Shown here: one piece after another, positions 23,534 through 34,276 of the stretch
Position numbering within the stretch: the stretch's first letter is position 1
How the letters are laid out: each line of letters begins with the position of its first letter
NCBI GenBank assembly: GCA_963808135.1
Contig: CAWEFA010000034.1
Span: forward strand, 2,081-66,080
DNA from: an uncultured Bacteroidota bacterium
Lineage (GTDB): Bacteria > Bacteroidota > Bacteroidia > Bacteroidales > DTGW01
DNA length: 64,000 nucleotides
Direction of reading: 5' to 3'
Program-made: the position numbers and the translations under genes
The notes under the pieces: model-generated
Seen by the model: the letters and a program-made list of their open reading frames with translations, nothing else
Databases searched by the model: none
Told to the model about the DNA's origin: nothing

Positions 23534-26425
23534 ATGACTCCTTTCCTAACGCTTGTGGCACAAGACATATATGAAAGGTTCGGAAACGAAATGAACAAAA
23601 TATGTGTTGTTTTTCCGAACCGCCGTTCTATTTTGTTTTTCAATAAATATCTTTCACAGGTGGTAAAGAAACCGGTATGGGCGCCAAAATGTGTTACTAT
23701 AACAGATTTTATCCAGGGTTTCTCAAATTTAATTAAAGCTGACGAATTAATGCTTGTCTTCGACTTATACAGGGTTTACTGTAAAGTTCGAAAAGTTTCA
23801 GAGCCATTTGATAATTTTTATCATTGGGGAGAATTAATGCTTTCCGATTTCGATGAAATTGACAAATACATGGTCGATGCACAGAGCTTATTTCAGAACC
23901 TGTCGGCATTGAAAAACATAAATGAATACTTCTCATACCTCGATGAAAAACAATTGGAAGCCATTCAACAATTTTGGAAAAATTTTGGGCAATCGCGAAA
24001 TAGCGAACACCACAAAGCATTTGCCGATATTTGGTCGTCAATGTATTCTATCTACGAAAATTTCAAAAATACAATAATAAATGAAAAAGGTTTTGCTTAT
24101 GAGGGTTTAATTTACAGACAGGTTGCCGAATCGGTCATTGATAATACATTTGTAATACCGGATTATAAAAAAATATGTTTCGTGGGCTTTAATGCATTAA
24201 ACAAATGCGAGAAAACAGTGTTTACGCATCTCAAAGTTAATGCAAGGGCTTTATTTTACTGGGATTACAGTTCCGATTATATCCAGCAGCCATTTAACGA
24301 AGCCGGTTTTTTTTTAAGACAAAACCTGGCCGAATTTCCGTCTGCCCTCGATGAAAAATATTTTCATAATTTAGAAAAACCTAAAAGCATTGAACTTATT
24401 GCAATTCCTTCCAACACAGGCCAGGCAAAAGTTGCAGGTCAAATTGCAGAAGGGTTATGCAGGGAGACTTCCAAACTTGAAAAAACCGCCATACTTTTAC
24501 CCGATGAAAGCTTACTGATGCCGGTACTTCATTCAATATCCCCAAATGTTAGCAATATCAATATTACCATGGGCTACCCTGTGAAAGATGCCCCGGTTAT
24601 CGCCTTAATTGAAGCCATCGGACAACTTTATACCAAAGCAAAAACTGATAATGACAATAAAAACACCCGCTATTTCTATAAAAATATTATTGAAATTCTA
24701 TCCCATCCTTACATTGAAAGGGATAATGCAGAAGAATTGAAAAAATTCAAGCTGGATATTGTAAACAGAAATATTATTTATGTTGAACCGTCAAAATTAC
24801 CTCACAATGAATTAATCGACCTGGTTTTTCATCAACCATCGAATGGAAAGGCATTTATAGAACAACTGGCAAAAATCATAAAAATAATCGGCCGGAAATC
24901 GAACAATGACGATTCTTCAACAACCGAACAACCTGCGGGCATTGAATCGGAAACATTAATGATCGTTTACGGCGCCATAAACAGGTTTGCGGATTTAATG
25001 GCCAATTATAACTTACCTTTTGATATTCCGTTATCATACAGGTTGCTTTTGAAAATTTTGAACGGGCTAACCATTCCATTTGAAGGAGAACCGCTAAAAG
25101 GGTTACAGGTTATGGGTTTTCTGGAATCGCGGGCAATAGATTTTGAAAATGTGATTGTTTTGAGTATTAACGAAAGCATACTTCCTAAAGCCAATTTACC
25201 TGTTTCGTTTATTCCTTATAACCTTCGCCGGGGCTACAATTTACCTACCCTTGAACACAGGGATGCTATTTATGCTTATTATTTTTACAGAATTTTACAA
25301 CGGGCAAAGCATGTACATTTGCTTTACAATACTGCTACAGACAAAATGGGTGGAAGTGAAATGAGCCGATATGCAACCCAACTTCTATATAATAAAGATT
25401 ACAAAGTGATCAGAAAGGCACAATCATTCAACATAGAGCTTCCCGTAATTCCCAAGATTGTTATTGATAAAACCTCAGAAATAATTGAAATTCTGAAAAA
25501 ATACAATTATGGATTGGACAATGGCGCTTATTTGTCGCCCAGCGCTATGAGCAGTTATATCGATTGCCGTTTACGATTTTATTTTCGTTATATCGAAAAT
25601 TTGCGGGAACATGAAACAATTACCGAAGAAATTGACGCACCCTTGCTGGGCAGCATTTTGCACCGCGCCATGTTTATTGTCTACAAGTCTTTCCTGAACA
25701 CGGGCCTTCAAAAAACCGACCTGTCAAACATTTTAAAAAACAAAGAGATTATTGAAAATGCCGTTTATGAAGCCATATCAAATGAATATTTTAAAGAAAC
25801 TGCGCCGCAAGGCAAAACATTGCTGCAAGGACGAAATTTTATTATTTTCAAAATTATAAATAAATATGTGCGTCAAATAATTGAAATCGACAGCCAGTTT
25901 GCTCCTTTGACAATTATTGAACTGGAGAAAAAAATCATAAGCCCATTCATTATTGATGCTCATTCAGGCAATTTAAATATTAGTATCGGCGGTTATATCG
26001 ACCGGATTGACCAAACATTGGATGGCATAAGGATTATTGATTACAAAACAGGAAATGTTGAAACAAAATTCAATCAATTTGAAGATTTGTTTAATCCTGC
26101 CGGTTCAAGAAAAGCAAAAAAAGAAATTCTGCAGGCATTTTTATATTCGGTATTATATAAAGCGATAAATAAAACCGATAAAAAAATTATTCCATCAATT
26201 TACAGCCTGAGAAAAATTTTCGGGGAGCGTTTCGATCCGCTAATTTACAAGGAAAAGCAGGCCATTAACGATATTGTTGAAATTGAAGATACTTTTAAAG
26301 AGCATTTAAAAATGGCTTTGGAAGAAATTTTCAATCCCGCTATACCATTTGTGCAGACAAGCGATTTGGATAAATGCAAAAACTGCGCTTATAATATTAT
26401 TTGCCATCGCGAAAACGATAAGTAA
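23534..26425 (+). CDS. PD-(D/E)XK nuclease with inactive helicase-like N-terminus (AddB-like)
   Basis: VVFPNRR, LQVMGFLESR, LSPSA..YIDC, GYIDRID..IIDYKTG, CKNCAY..C Fe-S cysteines. Confidence 0.82.
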   Translation: MTPFLTLVAQDIYERFGNEMNKICVVFPNRRSILFFNKYLSQVVKKPVWAPKCVTITDFIQGFSNLIKADELMLVFDLYRVYCKVRKVSEPFDNFYHWGELMLSDFDEIDKYMVDAQSLFQNLSALKNINEYFSYLDEKQLEAIQQFWKNFGQSRNSEHHKAFADIWSSMYSIYENFKNTIINEKGFAYEGLIYRQVAESVIDNTFVIPDYKKICFVGFNALNKCEKTVFTHLKVNARALFYWDYSSDYIQQPFNEAGFFLRQNLAEFPSALDEKYFHNLEKPKSIELIAIPSNTGQAKVAGQIAEGLCRETSKLEKTAILLPDESLLMPVLHSISPNVSNINITMGYPVKDAPVIALIEAIGQLYTKAKTDNDNKNTRYFYKNIIEILSHPYIERDNAEELKKFKLDIVNRNIIYVEPSKLPHNELIDLVFHQPSNGKAFIEQLAKIIKIIGRKSNNDDSSTTEQPAGIESETLMIVYGAINRFADLMANYNLPFDIPLSYRLLLKILNGLTIPFEGEPLKGLQVMGFLESRAIDFENVIVLSINESILPKANLPVSFIPYNLRRGYNLPTLEHRDAIYAYYFYRILQRAKHVHLLYNTATDKMGGSEMSRYATQLLYNKDYKVIRKAQSFNIELPVIPKIVIDKTSEIIEILKKYNYGLDNGAYLSPSAMSSYIDCRLRFYFRYIENLREHETITEEIDAPLLGSILHRAMFIVYKSFLNTGLQKTDLSNILKNKEIIENAVYEAISNEYFKETAPQGKTLLQGRNFIIFKIINKYVRQIIEIDSQFAPLTIIELEKKIISPFIIDAHSGNLNISIGGYIDRIDQTLDGIRIIDYKTGNVETKFNQFEDLFNPAGSRKAKKEILQAFLYSVLYKAINKTDKKIIPSIYSLRKIFGERFDPLIYKEKQAINDIVEIEDTFKEHLKMALEEIFNPAIPFVQTSDLDKCKNCAYNIICHRENDK

Positions 26426-26427
26426 TC

Positions 26428-26937
26428 TCAGAACTCGACCTTAAACAAAGGCCGGTAGCCTTTAACAAAGCCTTTATCGTCATAAGCCTCATAACCGAAA
26501 ATAATGGAATATACTTTTTTAATAAATATGTGCTTTTGCTTATCGTAAAACCAGGCTTCCCTGAACTGAAACTTTCCGATAATATTTCTGCTGTACCCTT
26601 TAAGCTGCTCGGCTTTTTTTACATCTTCCACGGAAAGGGCTTTATTTGTTGCATAATCATAAGCAAGCAATTTGCCATTATATAAATCGTCAAAAATACT
26701 ATCAATTAAAGCTTTTCGTTGCAGGTGGCCAAGACATTTTGCTATCCAGGCATCGTCTTTATCTGGGTTTTTAACAACCATGTCGCAAATAATTGTATCG
26801 GCATATGTTTTGAGATGCAGTGAATCGAAAGATACCGATGTTCTTGCTATATTAGCAGGCAATGGATGTTTACAGGAAACAACAATGATTTGAAAAGATA
26901 CGATTATAATTAGCCAAGTTGCTCGTATTATTTTCAT
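26428..26937 (-). CDS. Lipoprotein with GldN/PorN-like C-terminal segment
   Basis: signal ending VVSC; GKLLAYD, FREAWFYDKQ..KKVYSI and PLFKV resemble GldN motifs. Confidence 0.5.
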   Translation of the reverse strand: MKIIRATWLIIIVSFQIIVVSCKHPLPANIARTSVSFDSLHLKTYADTIICDMVVKNPDKDDAWIAKCLGHLQRKALIDSIFDDLYNGKLLAYDYATNKALSVEDVKKAEQLKGYSRNIIGKFQFREAWFYDKQKHIFIKKVYSIIFGYEAYDDKGFVKGYRPLFKVEF

Positions 26938-26951
26938 TGTTTTAAATTTTA

Positions 26952-26993
26952 AATAATCAATTATCAATTATCAATAATAAATTTTCAATAACT
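26952..26993. repeat. Degenerate heptamer tandem repeat, 6 units
   Basis: AATAATC AATTATC AATTATC AATAATA AATTTTC AATAACT between the pyrC stop and the next start. Confidence 0.65.
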
Positions 26994-26999
26994 CCAAGT

Positions 27000-28347
27000 T
27001 TATCTTTCAAACGAAAGCCTCATGCCCCTGAACCTTTCGTCTATTTTGCCTTCATCGTATACTTGGTGGCCATTCACAAATGTGCCGCTCACCGATGATG
27101 AAAAAGTTGTGCCTTCAAAAGGCGACCAGCCGCATTTATAAAGAATATTGCTCTTTTCAACTTTATATTGAGAATTGAGGTTGAGCAAAACTAAGTCGGC
27201 ATAATATCCCGGCCTGATAAATCCCCGTTTTTCTATATGAAAAATTTCAGCGGGTTTATGGCACATTTTATCTACAATATTTTCGATAGTTATTATGCCG
27301 TTTTTGTAAAATTCGAGCATAGCAATAAGTGAATGTTGCACGGAAGGCATTCCTGAAGGAGCTTTGAGGTACGTGTCCTGTTTTTCTTTTATCGTATGCG
27401 GCGCATGATCGGAGGCTACAACATCGATACGTCCGTCAAGTAAAGCTTTCCACAAACTTAGCCTGTCTTCTTCCGATTTGATGGACGGGTTACATTTAAT
27501 ATTATTTTCATAAGTTTCATAATCTTTATCGTTGAACCACAAATGCGGAATGCAGACTTCTAGCGGTAATTGATTTTTCTTTTGCAGGCTTTGAATTTGA
27601 AAACAATCCCATTTCTTCCGAAGCAGACACATGCATTACGTGCAGGCGCGTATTGAATTTCGACGCCATATCTAAAGCTTTAGCTACAGATTTATAACAT
27701 GCTTCGGCGCTTCGGATCAATGGGTGGCAGCTTACGGGAATTTCATTATTATATTTTTGCCGGTAATCTTCAATGTTTTCCCGGATAATATTTTCATCTT
27801 CACAATGTGCGGCAATAAGAACAGGCGATTCTTTAAATATCCCTTCTAAAACCGGCTGATCGTTTACCAACATATTGCCGGTCGACGAACCCATAAACAA
27901 TTTAATTCCGCAAACTTTGCGCGGATCGGTTTTTAAAATTTCTTTAAGATTATCGTTTGTGGCGCCTATATAAAATGAATAATTAGCAAGGGAAAAACGT
28001 TCGCCCAAATTAAATTTTTCGTCCAATAACATTTGGGAAATTGTCTGTGGATTGGTATTGGGCATTTCCATAATTGATGTAACGCCGCCTGCAACAGCAG
28101 CTTTTGATTCGGTAAAAATATCGGCTTTATAGGTAAAACCCGGTTGGCGAAAATGAACATGGTCGTCAATTACGCCTGGAATAAGCATTTTGTTGCTCGC
28201 ATCAATTATTGTTACCGGTGCAAGCGCTGAAGGTTCCTCGCCGGAATTGTATATTTCTTTAATTAATTCATCCTTTATTAAAACGCTTCCTTTAAAAATT
28301 TTACCTTCATTTACAATGTCGGCGTTTCTGATTAATGTTGTTGCCAT
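27000..28347 (-). CDS. pyrC: Dihydroorotase (indel near 27580)
   Basis: IDDHVHFRQPG, MEMPNT, IKLFMGSSTG, KCNPSIK, ASDHAPH. Confidence 0.9.
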
Positions 28348-28509
28348 ATTTTATACGTTTTTCAAATTTAATTTCAAGCATTAAGACCAATATTGTTCTT
28401 TAAACAATTGGCCAAAATGTAAAATTTATTTCATAATTAAATATAACCTACCCTACAAGAAGTTTCCAAGTTGAAATTTAAAATAAATTTTGAATTAGAC
28501 TAATGGGTT

Positions 28510-29256
28510 CTACTTTGCAAAATCTATTTTAGGATAACGCTTAAATAAGCTTTCTATTTTAAGTTTTATTACCCCGAAGAAGGCTTCGTTAAAAATACCA
28601 CCGCTCATTTTTGACTGTCCCCGTTTGCGGTCGGTAAAGATGATTGGTATTTCTTCAATTTTAAAACCTGTTTTCCAGACATTAAATTTCATTTCAATCT
28701 GGAACGCATAACCTTTTGATCTTATTTTATCGAGGTTAATGGTTTGTAAAACCCTTTTCCTGTAACATTTGAAACCGGCAGTGGCATCGCGGATATCCAT
28801 ACCGGTAATAAACCGCACGTACATTGAAGCAAAATATGATAATACAACCCTTCCCATAGGCCAATTAACAACGTTCACTCCCGATTTATATCTTGAACCT
28901 ATCGCCAGGTCGGCTTTTCTTGAAGAACATGCTTCATATAAGCATATCAGGTCATTTGGATTATGGGAAAAATCGGCATCCATTTCAAAAATATATTCAT
29001 ATCCATTCTGAAGCGCCCATTTAAAACCGGCAATATAAGCTGTTCCTAATCCAAGCTTTCCGCGCCTTTCTATAAGCGATAATTTTTCGGGAAATTCTAT
29101 TTGTAATTTTTTAACAATTTTTGCAGTTTCATCAGGCGAATTATCATCGATAACAAGCACATCAAATGCTTTATCAAGAGAAAATATTTTTCTTATCATT
29201 TTCTCTATATTATCAATTTCATTGTATGTGGGAATGATTACTATACTGTCGTTCAT
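28510..29256 (-). CDS. Polyprenol-monophosphomannose synthase (GT2, DPM1-like)
   Basis: IIPTYNE, VIDDNSPD, GLGTAY, EMDADFSHNP, DATAGFKCY. Confidence 0.9.
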   Translation of the reverse strand: MNDSIVIIPTYNEIDNIEKMIRKIFSLDKAFDVLVIDDNSPDETAKIVKKLQIEFPEKLSLIERRGKLGLGTAYIAGFKWALQNGYEYIFEMDADFSHNPNDLICLYEACSSRKADLAIGSRYKSGVNVVNWPMGRVVLSYFASMYVRFITGMDIRDATAGFKCYRKRVLQTINLDKIRSKGYAFQIEMKFNVWKTGFKIEEIPIIFTDRKRGQSKMSGGIFNEAFFGVIKLKIESLFKRYPKIDFAK

Positions 29257-29380
29257 TCGATATAAAAGATTTTAAATTTTTAGCGAATATATGAATATAA
29301 ATTATAGCATGAAATTAAAATGTCTGCGATTTTAATATATTGTTAATATTTTCCAAACTGCTTATTAGCGGTTTTTTCGC

Positions 29381-29388
29381 TAACTTTG
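29381..29388 (+). promoter_or_regulatory. Bacteroidota -7 promoter element
   Basis: TAACTTTG 18 nt upstream of the 29407 start. Confidence 0.6.
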
Positions 29389-29406
29389 CAAACTTATTTT
29401 TGAGGA

Positions 29407-30339
29407 ATGATGTGGCCAAAAAGAAAATTATTAATATTTATTTCGCTTAGTATTCTTTTAGTTGTATTTATTTTTTCATCGAAGAAATTTAATTGTTTTA
29501 GCGATTTTAAGGAAAAATATTCAGTTTACCCGGTGCCTATTCCTGAAAAGCTTGATTTTGCAGGTGAAGTGGCGCCATTAGAGCATTTCGATGTAAAAGA
29601 ATTCCTCGATCGCGAGCTTCAAATTAATACTTACTGGCAATCGCAAACTATTTTGTTAATAAAACGAACAAACCGTTTTTTTCCTGAAATTGAAAAGATA
29701 CTTAAAGAAGAGGGTCTCCCGTCCGATTTCAAATATCTTGCTACGGCTGAAAGCGGCTTAACAAATACTTTATCGCCTTCAGGCGCGGCCGGGTTTTGGC
29801 AGTTTCTTAAAAATACAGCGAAAGAATACAAACTTGAAATTAACGATGAAGTGGATGAACGCTATAATCTTGAAAAATCTACTCATGCAGCTTGCAGGTT
29901 TTTAAAAGATTCGTACGGAGTTTATGGAAACTGGACGCTTGCAGCCGCATCTTTCAATATAGGCCGTCCTGAACTCAACAGGCAATTGGCCACACAAAAG
30001 GAAAATAATTATTACAATTTGATTTTGAACGAAGAAACAGCAAGGTACATTTTTCGAATCCTGGCAATGAAAATAATTTTCGAAAACCCTGATACGTATG
30101 GTTTTCATATTCCGGGAAACTGTTTGTATCCTGTATTGAATTATAAAATTTTGAGAACCGATTCATGTATATCCGATTTGGCTTCATTTGCAAAAACTAA
30201 CGGGACAAATTACAAAGTACTTAAAATTTTTAACCCCTGGCTCAGGGACAGCTCTTTAACCAATAAGCTAAGGTTAACTTATTCGATTAGGATACCGGTT
30301 GCCGGATTTCGCGACTCGGCATATATAAAAAATGAATAA
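29407..30339 (+). CDS. Lytic transglycosylase (SLT/MltD-like)
   Basis: YLATAESG, GAAGFWQF, VDERY, LAAASFN, ETARY. Confidence 0.88.
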   Translation: MMWPKRKLLIFISLSILLVVFIFSSKKFNCFSDFKEKYSVYPVPIPEKLDFAGEVAPLEHFDVKEFLDRELQINTYWQSQTILLIKRTNRFFPEIEKILKEEGLPSDFKYLATAESGLTNTLSPSGAAGFWQFLKNTAKEYKLEINDEVDERYNLEKSTHAACRFLKDSYGVYGNWTLAAASFNIGRPELNRQLATQKENNYYNLILNEETARYIFRILAMKIIFENPDTYGFHIPGNCLYPVLNYKILRTDSCISDLASFAKTNGTNYKVLKIFNPWLRDSSLTNKLRLTYSIRIPVAGFRDSAYIKNE

Positions 30340-30384
30340 AGTTTAGGCTCAATATAAAACTTTAACTGCAAACAAAGGATAAAT

Positions 30385-33246
30385 TTGAACAATAAGGAAA
30401 ATACGAATACCGGGCAATTTGTCGAAGATTATGAATATATCAATGTTTATGGGGCAAAAGTTCATAACCTAAAAAATATCAACGTATCAATTCCCCGCAA
30501 TTCTTTGGTAGTAATAACGGGTTTGAGCGGAAGCGGAAAATCTTCGCTTGCTTTCGATACAATTTATGCCGAAGGCCAGCGCCGGTATATGGAAACTATG
30601 TCGGCCTATGCACGCCAATTTATAGGCAACATGGAACGCCCAGACGTGGACAAGATTACAGGCCTAAGCCCCGTTATTTCTATTGAACAAAAAACAACAA
30701 ATAAAAACCCGCGTTCCACCGTGGGCACAATAACTGAAATTTACGATTTTCTCAGGCTGCTTTATGCAAGGGCATCCATAGCCTATTCTTATGAAACAGG
30801 CGAACCTATGGTACGATATACCGACGATCAGATTATTAAAATAATTTTAGATAAATTCCACGACAGGAAAATTATTATACTTGCCCCGATTGTAAAAGGA
30901 AGAAAAGGACATTATAAAGAATTGTTCGAGCAGATCCGAAAGAAAGGATTTTTGAATGTCAGGATTGATGGGGAGATGCGTGAAATTGTGCACAACCTGA
31001 AGCTCGACCGCTACAAAGTGCATAACATCGAAATTATAATTGACAAGCTGACGGTTAACGATGCCGATATAAAACGTCTGAAAGAATCGGTTCAACTGGC
31101 AATGAAGCATGGCAAAGGAATAATTATGGCATTGGACAAGGAAGCTGAAAACGTGTGCTATTTCAGCCGGATGCTCATGTGCCCCACAACCGGAATATCA
31201 TATAACGAACCAGCGCCTCATTCTTTTTCTTTTAATTCTCCTCAGGGAATGTGCCATAAATGCAGTGGTTTAGGCAAAATTGGCGAAATTGATATTAATA
31301 AACTCATCCCAAATCCTAAGTTATCAATAAAAAAGGGAGGTTTCGCTCCTTTAGGTATTTATAAAAGCTCGCTTATTTTCTGGCAGCTTAAGGCCATCGC
31401 GGCCAAGTACCAGTTTACTTTAAACATGCCGATAGATGAAATTCCTGAAGAGGCTATGAATGTTATTCTTTATGGTTCCGACGAATCGTTCAAAATGCCG
31501 ACGATACCGGGCGGCCTTTCAAACTATTTCTTAAGTTTCGATGGAATTATTAATTATATTAACCGTCAAACCGATTCGGATGAAAACGGAAAAGGAACTG
31601 AAAAGTCTTATATACGTGAGATAAAATGTCCCGATTGCAAAGGCCAAAGATTAAATAAAGAGTCTCTTCATTTTAAAATCGACGATAAAAATATTGCCGA
31701 GCTTGCTGGAATGGATTTATATTCATTAAAAAAATGGTTTGAAAATATCGAAGACAGGCTTAATGAGAAACAGCGCACAATTGCCAGAGAAATACTTAAA
31801 GAAATTAGGGCACGTTTGGATTTCCTGTTAAATGTGGGCCTCGATTATCTTTCATTGGACCGGCCATCGCGAAGCCTTGCAGGGGGCGAAAGCCAGCGCA
31901 TTAGATTGGCAACCCAGATAGGTTCGCAACTTGTAAATGTCCTCTACATTCTCGATGAACCGAGCATTGGGCTTCATCAACGCGATAACAGGCGGCTCAT
32001 CGATTCACTGCGAAAACTCCGCGATGCAGGAAATTCTGTAATAGTTGTAGAACATGATAAAGAAATGATAAACTCGGCCGATTTCCTGATTGATATGGGA
32101 CCAAAAGCCGGTCGCCACGGAGGTGAAATTATTGGAACCGGCAGCCCGTCGGATATTGAAAAGGGTTGTTCATTTACATCGCTATATCTTTCGGGGAAAA
32201 AAGAAATCAAGGTTCCGGAATCGCGCAGAAAAGGCAATGGTAAAAATCTTGTGATTATTGGCGCCAGGGGCAACAACCTGAAAAATATAAGTATTAAAAT
32301 TCCTTTAGGGATAATGGTTTGCGTTACCGGTGTATCGGGAAGCGGAAAATCAACATTGATAAATGAAACGCTGCACCCTGCATTAAGCAAACGTTTATAT
32401 AACTCCCTTGCCGAACCCTTGGAATATGACACAATCGAAGGCATTGAAAATATTGATAAAGTTATTGAAGTTGATCAATCACCTATAGGCCGGACGCCAA
32501 GATCAAACCCTGCAACTTATACCGGCGTTTTTGCCGATATACGCAAACTTTTTGAACTAACACCCGATTCAAAAATCCGCGGTTATGGGGCCGGGCGCTT
32601 TTCTTTCAATGTTAAGGGAGGCCGATGTGAAACATGCAGAGGCGCTGGAGTTCAAACAATTGAAATGAATTTTTTGCCCGATGTTTATGTTGTTTGCAAA
32701 GATTGCAATGGAAAGCGTTACAATCGCGAAACGTTGGAAATAAAATACAAAGGCGAATCCATCAGCGATGTGCTGGATATGACTATTAACCAGGCAACGG
32801 ATTTTTTCAGCAATATCCCCTCAATACACCGGAAGCTTGATACGTTGAAACAAGTGGGGCTTGGGTATATAACGCTTGGACAACCTTCTACGACCTTATC
32901 TGGCGGAGAGTCGCAACGCGTAAAACTTGCTGCCGAGCTTTCAAAAAAGGATACGGGCAAAACGCTTTATGTACTTGATGAACCTACAACTGGCCTGCAT
33001 TTTGAAGATATACGAATCCTGATTGATGTACTGGATAAATTGGTGAATAAGGGAAATACAGTTATTATTATCGAACATAATTTGGACGTTATTAAAATGG
33101 CCGACTATATTATCGATCTTGGTCCCGATGGCGGCAACAGGGGTGGAGAAATAGTTTGCGAAGGAACGCCTGAAGAAATTATTAAAAATGAAAACAGCTT
33201 TACAGCAAAATTCCTTAAAAAGGAACTTATCAGCGAAAGAGTATAG
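30385..33246 (+). CDS. uvrA: Excinuclease ABC subunit A
   Basis: [14 protein letters not shown], two ABC cassettes, zinc fingers, LDEPTTGLH. Confidence 0.97.
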   Translation: MNNKENTNTGQFVEDYEYINVYGAKVHNLKNINVSIPRNSLVVITGLSGSGKSSLAFDTIYAEGQRRYMETMSAYARQFIGNMERPDVDKITGLSPVISIEQKTTNKNPRSTVGTITEIYDFLRLLYARASIAYSYETGEPMVRYTDDQIIKIILDKFHDRKIIILAPIVKGRKGHYKELFEQIRKKGFLNVRIDGEMREIVHNLKLDRYKVHNIEIIIDKLTVNDADIKRLKESVQLAMKHGKGIIMALDKEAENVCYFSRMLMCPTTGISYNEPAPHSFSFNSPQGMCHKCSGLGKIGEIDINKLIPNPKLSIKKGGFAPLGIYKSSLIFWQLKAIAAKYQFTLNMPIDEIPEEAMNVILYGSDESFKMPTIPGGLSNYFLSFDGIINYINRQTDSDENGKGTEKSYIREIKCPDCKGQRLNKESLHFKIDDKNIAELAGMDLYSLKKWFENIEDRLNEKQRTIAREILKEIRARLDFLLNVGLDYLSLDRPSRSLAGGESQRIRLATQIGSQLVNVLYILDEPSIGLHQRDNRRLIDSLRKLRDAGNSVIVVEHDKEMINSADFLIDMGPKAGRHGGEIIGTGSPSDIEKGCSFTSLYLSGKKEIKVPESRRKGNGKNLVIIGARGNNLKNISIKIPLGIMVCVTGVSGSGKSTLINETLHPALSKRLYNSLAEPLEYDTIEGIENIDKVIEVDQSPIGRTPRSNPATYTGVFADIRKLFELTPDSKIRGYGAGRFSFNVKGGRCETCRGAGVQTIEMNFLPDVYVVCKDCNGKRYNRETLEIKYKGESISDVLDMTINQATDFFSNIPSIHRKLDTLKQVGLGYITLGQPSTTLSGGESQRVKLAAELSKKDTGKTLYVLDEPTTGLHFEDIRILIDVLDKLVNKGNTVIIIEHNLDVIKMADYIIDLGPDGGNRGGEIVCEGTPEEIIKNENSFTAKFLKKELISERV

Positions 33247-33286
33247 CAAGCTGAAATTTTAACTTTTAAAAAAATAACTATATTTA

Positions 33287-33315
33287 CAATGTGCCAATGA
33301 ATCATTGGCACATTG
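33287..33315. repeat. Perfect 29-bp palindrome upstream of a LOG-family gene
   Basis: CAATGTGCCAATGA-A-TCATTGGCACATTG. Confidence 0.75.
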
Positions 33316-33337
33316 GTTCATAATAAAATTTTAAGAT

Positions 33338-34048
33338 ATGGCTTCAAGTGACGAACTGATAAAAAATGCATTTAAGAAAAAAAGTTGGGCGGAGATTCAA
33401 ATTTCCGATTCATGGCGTATATTCAAAATAATGTCTGAGTTTGTAGAAGGTTTTGAAAAATTATCGAGAATCGGCCCATGTGTTTCAATATTCGGATCGG
33501 CACGCACAAAACCCGATAATAAATATTTTAAGCTGGCTGAAGAAATAGCTTACAAATTGACACAACATGGCTACGGGATTATTACCGGTGGTGGTCCTGG
33601 TATTATGGAGGCCGGAAACCTCGGCGCGAAGAAATCCGGCGGAAGTTCGGTTGGAATAAATATCGCCCTTCCTTATGAACAACAACCGAATATGTTTATC
33701 GATTCCGATAAGCTTATAACCTTTGATCATTTTTTTGTAAGAAAAGTAATGTTTATAAAATATGCGCAGGGTTTCATTGTTTTGCCCGGCGGATTTGGCA
33801 CTTTGGATGAATTATTCGAAGCCATTACACTTATACAAACCGAAAAAATTGAAAAATTCCCGATTGTGCTTATGGGAACTGAATATTGGGAAGGCCTGAT
33901 AAACTGGGTTAGAAATGTGATGCTTGAAGATGAAGCTAACATTAGCCCTGAAGACCTTGATATTTTCAGAATCGTCAATACTGCCGATGAGGCTGTTGAA
34001 ATAATAAATAATTTCTACTCAAAATATTTATTAAGCCCGAACTTCTAA
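33338..34048 (+). CDS. LOG-family (TIGR00730) nucleotide monophosphate nucleosidase
   Basis: IFGSART, TGGGPGIMEA, FFVRKVMF, PGGFGTLDE. Confidence 0.9.
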   Translation: MASSDELIKNAFKKKSWAEIQISDSWRIFKIMSEFVEGFEKLSRIGPCVSIFGSARTKPDNKYFKLAEEIAYKLTQHGYGIITGGGPGIMEAGNLGAKKSGGSSVGINIALPYEQQPNMFIDSDKLITFDHFFVRKVMFIKYAQGFIVLPGGFGTLDELFEAITLIQTEKIEKFPIVLMGTEYWEGLINWVRNVMLEDEANISPEDLDIFRIVNTADEAVEIINNFYSKYLLSPNF

Positions 34049-34276
34049 AAAAAATCTGGCAACTCGGGTTTCTATACTATTATTTAATTTTAACATCACA
34101 AAGTTTTTAACAATGATGAGTTTTTTTCAACATTTATAAGTTTTTCGTACTTAAATAATTAAATTTGTTTAGATTTTTTAATTACTTTGTGGTTAAGCAA
34201 TATGCATAGCTTATGCAATATGTTGAAGAAATGACGAATACAATAACATATCATTCACTATAAACGTTGAAACAAT

